A stretch of 64,000 bases of DNA from Octopus sinensis (lineage: Eukaryota): contig NC_043000.1 of NCBI RefSeq assembly GCF_006345805.1, positions 34,286,001-34,350,000 on the forward strand, written 5' to 3'. How positions within the stretch are numbered: position 1 is the first letter of the stretch; each line of letters opens with the position of its first letter. Under the pieces are notes generated by a model, which was not told the origin of the DNA, searched no databases, and saw only the letters and a list, made by a program, of their open reading frames with translations. Of the stretch, positions 23,232 to 34,764 are shown piece by piece. Both the position numbers and the translations under genes were made by a program.

Positions 23232-26113
23232 TCAAGAGGAGGGGGCTGTGTTAAGTCCGTGTGGGGTGGTAGTTTGTAGGGTGAAGATGTAGCGTTGCTC
23301 CAAGTGGAGCCTGGAAAGTGGGCGACCATGGTGGGGGGCGAGACCAAACACTGAGATGTCATCTAGGGAATGGCCGGCCGAGCGGCGGAAGTGGCGTGCG
23401 ACGGGGAGAGAAAGAGAGTGTAGGCGAACGTCCCTCAAGTGTTCAGTGAAACGGTCGGACAACCGGCGTCCCGTCTGTCCTACATACAGCATCCCGCATA
23501 GGTTGCATTTAATGCAGTAAATAAGGCCAGACGAGGTGCACGTAAAAGAGTGCCTAATGCGTACAGTGTGCAGGTTGGAGCCGGTGACAGCGGTGGTGTT
23601 GGTGATGAAGGGGCAAGTGTTGCAGCGGGATCTAGAGCAAGGGAATGATCCGTGTGGGGCTGAGGGGGAAGGAGAGAGGGTGCTGTGGACCAGGAGGTCA
23701 CGCAGATTGCGGGCTCGTTTGAAAGAGGACAGGGGTAGGTTAGGGAAAATGGGGCGGGTGGTGGGATCAAGCTGGAGGCGACGGAAGGCACGTAGTATTG
23801 CGACGAAGGGGTAGGGTAGGGTAGAGGGGTGGAAAAGGAGGGGAAGGGGGTGCGGTTGGGGGTGGGCGGGGGGAAGGAGACAGGGCGGTAGTGCGGTCGA
23901 TGCGACGGGCGCGGGTGAGGGCATCAGAGAGGAGTATGGGTGGGTAACCTCGGAGTCTGAACATGCGGGCCAGGTATTGAGATTGGGTCTCGAAATCCTG
24001 GTCGCGGCTGCACAAACGTCGGAGGCGGAGGAACTGGGAGTAGGGGATGGCTCGTTTGGTGTGTGGAAGGGGTGGGAGGAAGAGAAGTTGAGATAGAGGT
24101 GGGAATCCGTAGTGTTTAAAAAAGGCGGTGGTGGTGAGTGGAGTGAGAGAGCTGGAGGGGTGATCGATGCGGAGAGAGATGTCAAGGAAGTTGACAGAGG
24201 TGTTGGAGATGGTGGAGGTGAATTGAAGAGAGGGGTGAAAGTTGGAAAGGAAAGAGATGAATTGGCAGAGAAGTTCACGGGAAAGGGAGGTGGCACCTAC
24301 GCAGTCGTCGATATAGCGACCGTATAGTTCGGGGGTCGGCCCAGAGAACTGGGAGAACACTTGGGCCTCAATGTAGCCAAGAAAGAGATTGGCGAAATTG
24401 GGGCCCATCCTAGTTCCCATCGCGACCCCGGACACCTGTTGGTACGTTTCCCCGGCGAACGTGAAGCAATTGAGGGTGAGGACGAGCTCAGCCAAACGGA
24501 GAAGGGTGGGGGTGCTGGGGGTGGGGTCGGGACGACGGTCGAGGAAGTGTTGGAGGGCTAGGAGACCGTCATTGTGGGGAATCACTGTGTACAGGGATTT
24601 TACATCTAAAGTGAAGAGGAGGTGTGAGGGGCTGGAAGGGAAGGAAAAGGAATTGAAGAGACGGAGGGCGTGGTTGGTGTCGTGTATGTGGGATGGGAGG
24701 GCTGCGACTAAGGGGGACAGGATGCGGTCGAGGTATAGGGAGATGAGTTCAGTGGGGCAATTACAGGCAGAGACTATGGGACGGCCAGGATTAGAGGGTT
24801 TATGGATCTTGGGAAGGAAGTAGATGGTGGAGGTGCGGGTGTGCGGACGATGAGGTTGGTGGCGGTGAGGGGGAGAGCGGAGGAGGAGATGAGGTCGTGG
24901 ATGGTGGAGGACACTCGCTGTTGGTAGGAGGAGGTGGGATCGGAGGGGAGGAGGGGCGATCGATAGAAGAGTGGATTTTGAAGCTGGTTGAGCGCTTCCT
25001 CCCTGTATAGGTCCGCGCGCCACACTACCACTGCCCCGCCTTTGTCCGCCGGTTTGATGACAATGTCATCACGACGGCGGAGGTGGCGAAGGGCAATGGA
25101 TTCGGCCCGAGTGAGGTTGGCTCGGCGGGTCTTGGTGCAAAGTTGAAAAGTGAAACGGTGGACCAAAGCGTTGCAGTCATGTACAAACGAATCTAGGCTA
25201 CTGAAAAGGCCTGGGGCGGCGTCCAGATGGATGGACGACGCCCCAGCTCCAAAAGGCAATCCTGATTGTTGTGACGCTGCGGGGACGCGTGGTAGTATGC
25301 GCGAAGTTTGAGGCGGCGCAGGAACAGGTTGACGTCCGCCCGAGTCTCGAACTCATCACAGTGGCGCGTGAGTGGCGTGAAGCGGAGACCTTACTGAGGA
25401 GGGAGCGCTCAGCGGCGGAGAGGGGGAGGTGGGGGGGGTATAGTGACAACAGCGCGAGGAAGCGGGGTGGGGTGGTGGGAGGACTAGGGGCAGGCGGAGG
25501 GGTGCAGGGGTGTGAAGGGGAGGGTAGGGGTGGTTGGGTGAAGATGGGTTAGGCGTAGGAAGGTCACGGTGGGTGTGTGGGGGTCCGTGGAAGGGTGGGG
25601 TAGGTGCGAAGGGGGGGGGGGACAGTGGGGGAGGATGGGGAAGGGGGTGAGGGGTTGAGGAGGAGGTGGAGTTTTTTGTTTTTTGTGTGTGTGAGGTGGT
25701 TGTAGAGTTGGTGGTTGAGATTAAGAATGAAGCGGAGGATAGGTTGGGTGAAGAGTGGGGGCAGAGGGCGGAGAGAAGGAGGTAGGCCTGGGGAAGTTGA
25801 TGGTCGAGGGAGTCAAGGAGGGGGGGGTGGAGCGGATGGTGGCGCGGAGGAGGGAGCGGGAGGTACGAGCGAGGGTGGGTTCGATGAAGGGGGAGGAATA
25901 GGGGGTAGCGTGGAACTTCAAGAGGAAACCGCGGGGTGTGACATGATGGCGGAGGCACCGGCTAAGAAAGGAAAGATGACTAGAGTGGCGGGTTTTCTTA
26001 AAAAGCAAGCGGGAAAGTTTTATAGCAGGTGCGGAACATTGTGGGGGGAAGAACGCGAGGTAGCGGCTGAGGAGGGATTGAAGGTGTTGGACGAACGAGT
26101 GCAAGTCAGGCAT
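23232..26113 (-). CDS. PLE polyprotein (N-terminal domain, reverse transcriptase, Cys linker, GIY-YIG endonuclease), split by several frameshifts
   Basis: HLSFLSRCLRHHVTPRGFLLKF; LSAAERSLLSK; NLTRAESIALRHL...IVIKPADKGGAVVVW; FLPKIHKPSNPGRPIVS; FTLDVKSLYT; GVAMGTRMGPNFANLF; YGRYIDDC; AIPYSQFLRLRRLCS; CSRSRCNTCPFI; LIYCIKCNLCGMLYVGQTGRRLSDRFTEH; HGLN. First ATG of the N-terminal frame is at 26113, stop ends at 23232. Confidence 0.9.
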
Positions 26114-26431
26114 GATGAGAAGTGGTGGCAAACAGGTAAAGGTGGGTGGTGGCGAAACAGGAAAAAGGAGAGACAACAGGAAAACAACGAAAGAAGAAAA
26201 AGGGTGAAGACGGTTTGAAAACAATAGAAAAAAGTTGAAAAAAGTCAGGAAAGAGATTTGAGAGTCAACGGACAGATTAGGTAATGATTTTCAATCACGG
26301 TAATGGCGGTACTCCGGAAGAAGGTTGCGGGTGATCCGTAGGTCAGGAAGAATGGTAACAATAATCCGTAGGTGCAAAAAATCCGGGAGTTGGTATCCAA
26401 GGTACAAGGGGTCCGTGTAGGCGCGCAGTGG

Positions 26432-27257
26432 TATAATTTTAATCCAAACGGGAAACAAAAAACAACAACAATGGAACAATTACAGTATTATTATTAATAG
26501 GCGCTCAGGAAATGGAAGCAGGGAGGTATGACGTTTCGAGCGGAGCTCTTCGTCGGAAACATAAAGAAGGAAGAGAGAGGAAAGAAAGATCCCAGAGCGG
26601 GCAACAGAGAAAGAGAAAAAAGACGACTGGTGTTTACGAGTTGCACATGGTGAAAGGCGGATGTTTACGAAAACAGAGCAAAGTGGGTTTTTAAAGGCAA
26701 AAGAGTGGAGATAAGGTGGTTGGTAACGCAACAGATGTGTGTGTATGTGTGAGTGTGTGCGTGTGCGTGTGTGTGTATGTGTGTGTGTGAGGCGAGATGA
26801 AAAAACACAAAAATATATATGTGTGTGTTAGTGTGTGCGTCTGTGTGTAGGCGTGTGAGGTAGGGCGAGACTAGTGGTCAGCTTAGCAGACAAGGTCAGT
26901 AGTAAGAAAAAGAAGGAAGGAGGAAGGGAGGGAGGGGAAGGGGTGGGGGCGTATGTAGCGTGCCAGCGTGTGTTGAGTAGTAGTAGTGTGGTGTGTGTGT
27001 CCAGTGTCGTGGTGGTATTAATGGCGAGTAGATTGAATGTGTGTAAGAGTAATGTATATATTTAAGCAATGTGTGTATATGTGTGCGCGTGTGTTGTAAC
27101 GAAAAAGGGGGGGGGGGGTAAGGAAAAAGGACTCCAGCTGAGGGGGAGATGGAAGAGTGGTCCCGCGGAGACGGGCGTGGGAAAACCCAACGACACGCGA
27201 CGGTCCAGGAACGGGCGGGAGGTCTCGTCGGGTCCAAGAGCGAGGTGCCTGCGGCGC
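26432..27257 (-). repeat. Upstream (5') pseudo-LTR of the PLE
   Basis: Direct repeat of 20158-20976, differing mostly by small indels. Confidence 0.92.
26526..26560 (-). ncRNA. Minimal hammerhead-like motif in the 5' pLTR
   Basis: Identical to 20253-20287. The predicted cut lies between 26530 and 26529, ~415 nt upstream of the ATG. Confidence 0.55.
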
Positions 27258-27303
27258 ATATATATATATATATTTATATATATATATATATATATATTAT
27301 ACA

Positions 27304-28420
27304 CTAGCTGGTGTACCCGGTAATTCCCGGGGGTAAAGATGTTATATTGAAACGCCTTATTACTCTGATATAAGAAAGCGATTTCGTTATAACTGCCACA
27401 AAGGGTGTATTTCCCGTCACGAAAAAGTACAAAAAAGTACAAAAAAACTCTCAGCTGGAGGAGTAAGAGATTGTCGGAGGTTGGTGAGAGAGGTTGTTGG
27501 AGGTTGGCGAGAGGCAAAGACATTATTCTGCTTAGCGAAGGCATCTGGGAAATGTATAACTGCTGTCATTCATAGAAGAACTATTGTTTTACCGTGAGAA
27601 AAGCGCTGTTGAAGTGTTAAGTGAAATTTGGCAATCGATGATCGAATCCACGCTATGCCTACATGAAGCCACTACTAATACGTTGTGGAATAAAAATTTT
27701 ATCTACTGTCATGGAAAATGTGTAACTGTAAAAATGCAGAATTATCGGAGTAATGGGCATTCAAAAAAGTATGTATGTATAGAAATGTATGAATAAAGGC
27801 TTTAATGTTTAAGATCCAAATTAAGAAAGTGCAATAATAATTTTGAGCAGTTCAAAACTGTGAGTAGTGAAATGCAGAATTAGGTCGGCTGATCGTGAGA
27901 ATCAAATATTGATCGCTTCGCTAAAATCTGCAGGTGGTATGGATTATTTCCTGTGGGTTGTTTAAATAAAATATTAGTAATATGTAGTAGATAGAAGGAT
28001 CCATTGGAAGGGCCCTATTATCGATTTTTTTCAACAATCCATGTATATCACGAGGTTTCCAGACATGAGTTCTACTCATGTGTCAAATAAAGTATAAAAG
28101 TGATATTGTCTACAAAAATTAGAAATAGGGCACACAAAAAATCAATATTCAAAGTAATCGAACATAAACAATGAAATGGGTTATTTCTCTTGAGTGTTTA
28201 AAAAATATTGTACATGTGCTATGTGTTATTTCCCTTGGGTGTTTAAAAAATTAGTTGTATAAATGTCCCTTCCAGGGGCCGTATTATCGATTTTTTCGGC
28301 AATCTAAGCCTGTCTCGAGGTTTCCAGACATGAGTTCTACTCACCTGTCCAGTTTCATCAAATTCAATAAAACGATGTAGGAGGAGTTAGCTAACAACGC
28401 CACAAACATACACACACCAA
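27304..28420 (-). mobile_element. Non-autonomous Helitron-like element with internal direct repeats
   Basis: Minus-strand 3' end cccgggaattaccggg-tacaccag-CTAG|T. The 5' region resembles Helitron-derived elements (tactacatat...ctcctcctacatcg...gatgaaact). The ~80 bp block ending gaggtttccagacatgagttctactca occurs at ~28010-28080 and ~28275-28343. Confidence 0.65.
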
Positions 28421-28462
28421 TTTTCCACATATGTAGTATATATATATATATTATATATATAT

Positions 28463-28541
<79 letters not shown>

Positions 28542-28557
28542 TGTATGTATGTATGTA

Positions 28558-28710
28558 TAGTTGAAATTTACAGAAAAGCAAAAGACGAAGACAGGTGTAT
28601 AAACAACAAGAAGGTGTATTTAGCTTGATGCTCGAGAAGGTGAGAAAGTCTTTTACGTTTCGAGCTTACGCTCTTCAACAGAAAGAAACACGAGGAAATA
28701 AACAACAGAT
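28558..28710 (-). mobile_element. Divergent family E short PLE-like element
   Basis: aaaagacgaagacaggtg...aagtcttttacgtttcgagcttacgctcttcaacagaaag. The minus strand gives CTTT-CTGTTGA-A-GAGC-GTAA-GCTC-GAAACGTA-AAAG. Confidence 0.7.
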
Positions 28711-29614
28711 ATATATATCATGTATACACTTTTTATCAACGCTATTTCTGCGTCGGAACCTACGTTATTTTCTATGTATAAACACAAACATGCGCGCACA
28801 AACGCACACACTCACACACATTCACACACACGCACACATCATTCTGCTATGAAAGAAGAGGCTGTGTCGATGTGACTCACAAGTCCTTCCAGACTGCAAT
28901 ACACGTTTACATCTTTCTAAAAGATGCATTTCCTTCCCTTTATTGTACTCTACACTGCAATCAAACTAACTTAGCCTGTTCATTTGACCATTGTTTGAAT
29001 TTATTCATCTCTTTCATTTCATGTTTCTTTTCACTTAGTTTCAACCTGTTACTTATATAAGAATTACTTTTTCTTATGCACATTCACACTCCTTGATAAC
29101 AAACACTAGATTTTTTATGATGAGAATTTAAAAGAATAAATTAACTGAAATTTCGTTAATTGAAAATGCTTTATAATAATCTTTTTTTTGGCAGTATCCT
29201 GATATAAGCGTGTAGTAATTTGTTTTCAAATCTAATTATATATGCTTAGAAACAAAGATTAGTCAGATCAAGCAAGCCTAACTTTAAATGTTTTTTTTTT
29301 CTATGAGAAATATTTACGTTACCCTAATAGGTCTCGTATAGAATTACAGGCTACAATGTGACACTCACCACCTTTTGCGACATAACACAGTTTGCGTTAC
29401 CCTGCAAATATAAATATACCAGCCTTCAATTTCAAATCATGGCTTAATAACCATGGTACTAATAATCTAAAGTAAAATCATCTGATTCCAGAGACTGCAG
29501 CCGCCATGGTGAGTGTTTCTAGAGAATATGGTGTTAAAAAAGCAAATAGCTTGGAACATACGGAAGGCTAAGAATATATTCATGGAAATTTCTTTGAAAT
29601 GGAATTTATTCTTT

Positions 29615-29997
29615 TATTTGTTTCAGTCATTTGACTGCGGCCATGCTGGAGCACCGCCTTTAGTCGAGCAAATCGATCCCAGGACGTATTCTTTGTAAGT
29701 CTAGTACTTATTCTATCGGTTCTCTCTTGCCGAACTGCTAGTTGACGGGGACGTAAACACACCAGCATCGGTTGTCAAACGATGTTGGGGAGACAAACAC
29801 AGACACACACACACATATATATAAGTATATATACGACGGGCTTCTTTCAGTTTCCGTCTACCAAATCCACTCACAAAGCTTTAGTCGGCCTGATGCTATA
29901 GTAGAACACACTTGCCCAAGAAACCACGCTCTGTGACTGAACCCAGAACCATGTGGTTGGTAAGCAAGCTACTTACCACACAGCCACTCCTGCGCCT
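29615..29997 (-). mobile_element. SINE family D, full length
   Basis: Minus strand aggcgcaggagtggctgtgtggtaag (A-box)...gggttcagtc (B-box)...ttgggcaagtgt, with a tail ending cagcatggccgcagtcaaatgactgaaa. Confidence 0.88.
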
Positions 29998-30469
29998 CTT
30001 AATACTTGTTCTAAATACTCATCTGTTAGTTGAAGGAAGCTTATGAAAATTGCGAAAGATACAAATCCTGGGGTGACAGTGACCGTTAGTTTACTTATCA
30101 ACGACCCAGCGTTGACTACGTCCGTGCCGTATGGACCCTGAGTACTGCTGCTATGCTATCTGGGGATATAGACATCAAGAATTTTGAAACTAAAGATGAG
30201 TGTTATGGCAATTTAGACATTATCATAGAATGAGTATTTCATGGTAAAGAAGAAATACACCAACCGAAGGACTCAAATCATTGAGGAAGAAGTGAAATTC
30301 ATTTAGTGAGAAGGGTTCCTAGTTTCTTAAGTGTGACATGAAAATGAAATTGGTTTGTAGTGCTGGTTACTGGTCGGAGTACCATAGTGTTTAAGAATAA
30401 AGCCTCGGTGCTTATCATTAATTGAGCAATTAATCGTTTTTGTTTTGTTGTGTGAGTGTAAATGGGGAG

Positions 30470-31760
30470 AGGTTGAGTAAGTGTACGAGTTTTGAAGACC
30501 ATAACGTACCAACTACCTGCGCATTATTATTATCTCTTGATATATTCAACATTCATGAAGGCGCGTGGCTTAGTGGTTACGGCATTCGGCTCACGATCGT
30601 TAGGTCATGAGTTCAATTCCCGGCGACGCGTTGTGTGCTTGAGCAAGACACTTTATTTTACGTTGTTCCAGTCCACTCAGCTTGCAAAAATTAATAGTAC
30701 CTGTATTTCAAAGGGGCCAGCCTTGTCACACTCTGTCACGTTGAATTTCCCTGAGAACTACGTTTATGGTACACGTGTCTGTGGAGTGCTCAGCCACTTG
30801 CACATCAATTTCACGAGCGGGCTGTTCCGTTGATTGTATCAGCTGGGACCCACGTGGTCGTCGTAACCGACAGAGTGCTCCTTTATTCAACATACATTTC
30901 TTTAATGGCTGCGTGCTTCATTCCTGCAATGCTTAAATATCTTCAAACTTTCTGATGATGAAGAGAAGACTCTATCGCTTTTGGACAAAGCGCCTTCTGG
31001 CTCAGATGGCCACCGACTTGTTAATAAAGATGACAAAATAAGGTGCATGTTGCTTTTGCCTTTGAGCAAGGTATTATTGAAGGTGTGAAGTTATAGCAAC
31101 GAAGATATTTGGACAAAAGTTCTCGCAATGATAGAGAAGGACGGTCTTAGGGGAGACTCTGAAAGACAAAAGAACTCTCTAAGCTCAAGAATTAGAGCCT
31201 CAAGTTTGAAAGGTCCAGTTTGGCAGCTTCAAGGAAGACTGCTACTGTAGCTAATGCCTGGACAAATTCTCTCTGTGTTCTGCCAAATGTGGAGTAGAAT
31301 ACGATTTTGATGGATTCGAGGCAAAGGATCTTCATTACATATATTATAGAATGTGAAACAGGTAACAGTGGATGACATCATAAGCTGGTTTTAGGACATG
31401 GAGGGGGGGCTTCATATCAAGCGTTAACAGAAGAAATAGCAAATAAAGATTTCATTGGTGGCAGCAGACATAGTGAGGATGATGAAGATGATTGCCCAAT
31501 AAAGTCAAACCCTCGGTTATACAAGAGTCCTTTGTTTAGTCCGTTGATTTGTCATCGGAAGTTGATGTCTAGCGAATTTCAGAATTCATAAAGGAGCTCC
31601 ATATCTGAAATTCGGAAAATTCTTCAAGTCACTTCGTCACAAACCCTGCTGCAGTTGTTGAACCTTCTGATGATATTGGTGACACACGTCCAGTTGATTC
31701 AGACCCTCTTCAACCACTTCAGATTTCTCAAGTGGGAGAGAAAGACCAGTGGAGCGTCAT
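30470..31760 (+). pseudogene. Tigger/pogo-like DDE transposase fossil interrupted by SINE C
   Basis: RVLKTITYQLPAHYY; KTLSLLDKAPS...KDDKIRCMLLLP; EQGIIEGVK; ANAWTN; DFDGFE; QVTVDDIISW...YQALTEEIA. Confidence 0.7.
30557..30880 (+). mobile_element. SINE family C with a 10 bp TSD
   Basis: tattcaacat at 30543-30552 and 30884-30893. Matches 13473-13780. Confidence 0.88.
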
Positions 31761-32297
31761 AGCTCCACTAACTCACAATAAGTCAGCAACCTCTAACTCT
31801 AAACCCATCTTCACACACCAAGTTCATCTCTCATCGACGACAAAACGAAATTCACAATTCAATTTATTAGATTTTTAAAAACTTTTATATACAATATATA
31901 TTTGTTTTATGTAGCTTTGAGATAGAAAATTACTATTTTAAAATCTCACAACGTGAGATATTCAGCAACAGTACTTCGTAGTAAAAATTGTTCGAAAATA
32001 TAAGGACATAGATCGTGTCGTATAGCCAGTTGGAGACGATGTCTCCTGGGGCTAAATTACAGTGACGTTCGTCCTAAACCAGGACTGCCATGTTATGTTG
32101 GTAAACAATCTTTACTGGCTTTAAAGATGTTTACATTATTTCTGTGATTTTGTTAATGTTTCTCATGTTTAGTGTCCCAGTGTATATGTATTTTCGATAT
32201 CATACACGCGTGTAACATTAATAGCTACCATCGGTTTACTCGGACAACCGACTAAACGACACCCTCGCCAGTTAGTAAGGTTCAAAAGGGCTTAACT

Positions 32298-32352
<55 letters not shown>

Positions 32353-32959
32353 AACACACATACATAACACACATCTGTTTATATATGCGCGTATGTGCAT
32401 TGAGTGTAGATGCACACACAGAAACACACAGAAACACACACACACAGAAACACACACACACAACACACACACACACACACAAACACACACGCACACACAC
32501 ACCATACCGGTATTCTTTGTAACATGACTAAAAATGGACTTCTGCTACCCATTCTATGGAGCACTCGAAACCGAGTCCTCTGGACAGCCGTGGGTGATGG
32601 TCACAGCCAAAAGAGAATCAATTACGTTTGTTTTAGATTCCCGACTAAAATTCTGCTGACTTCTTCAAAATCCAATATGTCCGATGGAGCAACTAAGCAA
32701 TGTTGTTGTGACGACAGGAAATGGTTTCTCGCTGGTTAAACATTGTATATAAGACCTGCTTAGTGTGTTACTATGGCAACCTGACATTGCTGAGGCTGAA
32801 ATATAAATTCCATCAACACAATAAACGAGATACTTATTTTCTTTTTCTCTGTTCTTCCTTTTTTTTCTCCTTCTTTCTTTCCTCTCTTCCCCTTGTTTGT
32901 ACCATTCAATTCTATGTCAATGTTGCTGTTAATCTATCGGTGATGAAATTGTTATCAAT

Positions 32960-33590
32960 GTTATTGGTGGACTAGCTGATGAAGTGGTAGAAGTAGTATT
33001 AGTATTAGTATTAGTATTAGTATTAGTAGTAGTAGTGGTAGTGGTAGTAGCCGTTGTTCTTGTAGTGGTAGTAGTAGTGGTAGTTGTAGTAGTAGTAGTA
33101 GTATAGTAGTAGTAGCAGTAGTAGTAGTAATAGTAATTGTAGTAGTAGCCGTTGTTCTTGTAGTGGTAGTAGTAGTGATACTAGTAGTAGTAGTAGTAGT
33201 GGTGGTGGTGGTGGTGATAGTAGTAGTAGTAATAGTAGTGGTAGTAGTAGTAGTAGTAGTAGTAGTAATAGTAGCCGTTGTTCTTGTAGTGGTAGTAGTA
33301 GTTGTAGTAGTAGTAATAGTAGTCGCTTTTGTTCGAGTAGTGGTAGTGGTAGTAGTAGTTGTAATTACTGATGTTGTTGCAGTGACTAAGGTTGTTGCCG
33401 TTACATGTGTGTCTGGTGTGGATGAGGGAGTTGTGCAACTGTAGATGTTATTGACGCGACGGCTGTTATTGTTGTTGTTGTTGTTGTTGTTGCTGTTGTT
33501 GTTGTTGTTGTTGTTGCTGTTGTTGTTGTTGCTGTTGTTGTTGTTGTTGTTGTTGCTGTTGTTGTTGTTGTTGTTATTGGCGTCGTCGTC
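32960..33590. repeat. (TAG)n/(TGG)n and (TTG)n trinucleotide arrays
   Basis: Direct reading. The poly-T/poly-N/poly-V ORFs are artefacts. Confidence 0.92.
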
Positions 33591-33828
33591 TTTGATTCCA
33601 GAACTTATCAAGAACGTAAAATAAGGAAGGCAGAGAGACAAGTGATTATTAGAAAGAAAAAAGGACGAAATTCGAGTCTGTAGCAATAACGGAACTTTCT
33701 GACTGCCAGGAACCAAAGTGCCAACCAAATTTCAGGTGCACGGCGCCAGGTTTTGAAAGTCGTTGTGAGATATTCGCCCTGGCTAGAACACAGCTCTATC
33801 ACATGTTAGCTTCCTGCTGTGTAACTAC

Positions 33829-33878
<50 letters not shown>

Positions 33879-34764
33879 CCGTGCGTGTGCGTATGTGTGT
33901 GTGTATGTGCGTGTGCGTGTGTGTGTGTGCGCGCGCGAGTGTGTGTGTGTCCGTGCGTGTGTGTATGTGTGTGTGTGCGTGTGTGTGTGTGTACGTGTGT
34001 GCGTGTGTCTGTGCGTGTGTATGTGCGCACGAGCACGTCATCTTGCAGTAAGTTCTTGGAATCGGTGGGTAATGTGTTGAAACTCTTGGTTCCGGGTGCA
34101 TCTCGGCTGATGCGAACCCTCGATGAGAACGTTGTTGACCATTGTAGAGTGGTCAATAATTCCAGTTATATTCATCTTTCACAAAAGTGAAATGACCAAG
34201 TAGATATGGCATTGACCAACGAACTGTTAGTGTGTGAGATCAAATCTACGTCGTGCTGACCCTTTGGACGGGGCACTATACTTCTACGTCCAAGTGCGAT
34301 GGTTAGGGTTCTATTTAATTGTGTTGTTGTTGTTTAGCCACAGGTAAGTCCTGATTGAGAAAACCCAAAGCGTTCATACAATGACCATCCCGCCTGTTTG
34401 TATATCATGGACTTCACTGTCCAATGTGTCCTTTTTAAGTGACAATAATTTGTGATTTATTTACTTACTCGCGGTGACGTCCACCCGGGGTGGCTTGAGC
34501 CAGCTCTGTCCAACACCTTCATCCACGTCCCTCACAAACAGGCTTGTAATTTAGGGCATATTTGGTTGCTATTTCTTGTAGAACGAGCTTGTGTCCCTCG
34601 AAAGGCGACGTAAGATTCGGTCGAGTGTCGCTGTAGTTGTATCTGGTTGGAACTGTGCCGCCGGAAGCGGCACGCTGTGACTTGGGCTGCCGCTAAGTAT
34701 TTTCTCTGCTGCTCTAACCATTCTATAAACTCTCTGCCTTTGTTTTAAGGACATTTCACATTCA

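Larger units (their letters stand above)
20158..27257 (-). mobile_element. Near-complete Penelope-like retroelement (Neptune-like) with direct pseudo-LTRs
   Basis: ~820 bp direct repeats at 20158-20976 and 26432-27257, a frameshifted RT + GIY-YIG reading frame at 23232-26113, hammerhead-like motifs in both repeats, and TA tracts on both flanks. Confidence 0.93.

Noticed and set aside
20158-27257. LTR retrotransposon or endogenous retrovirus interpretation of the direct repeats
   Set aside because: No gag, protease, RNase H or integrase and no TG...CA termini; the RT and GIY-YIG are PLE-type.
34569-34754. ORF MSLKQRQRVYRMVRAAEKILSG... as a host exon or L2/Rex-type LINE remnant
   Set aside because: Only a faint resemblance to a LINE C-terminal motif and no convincing splice sites; too weak to call.
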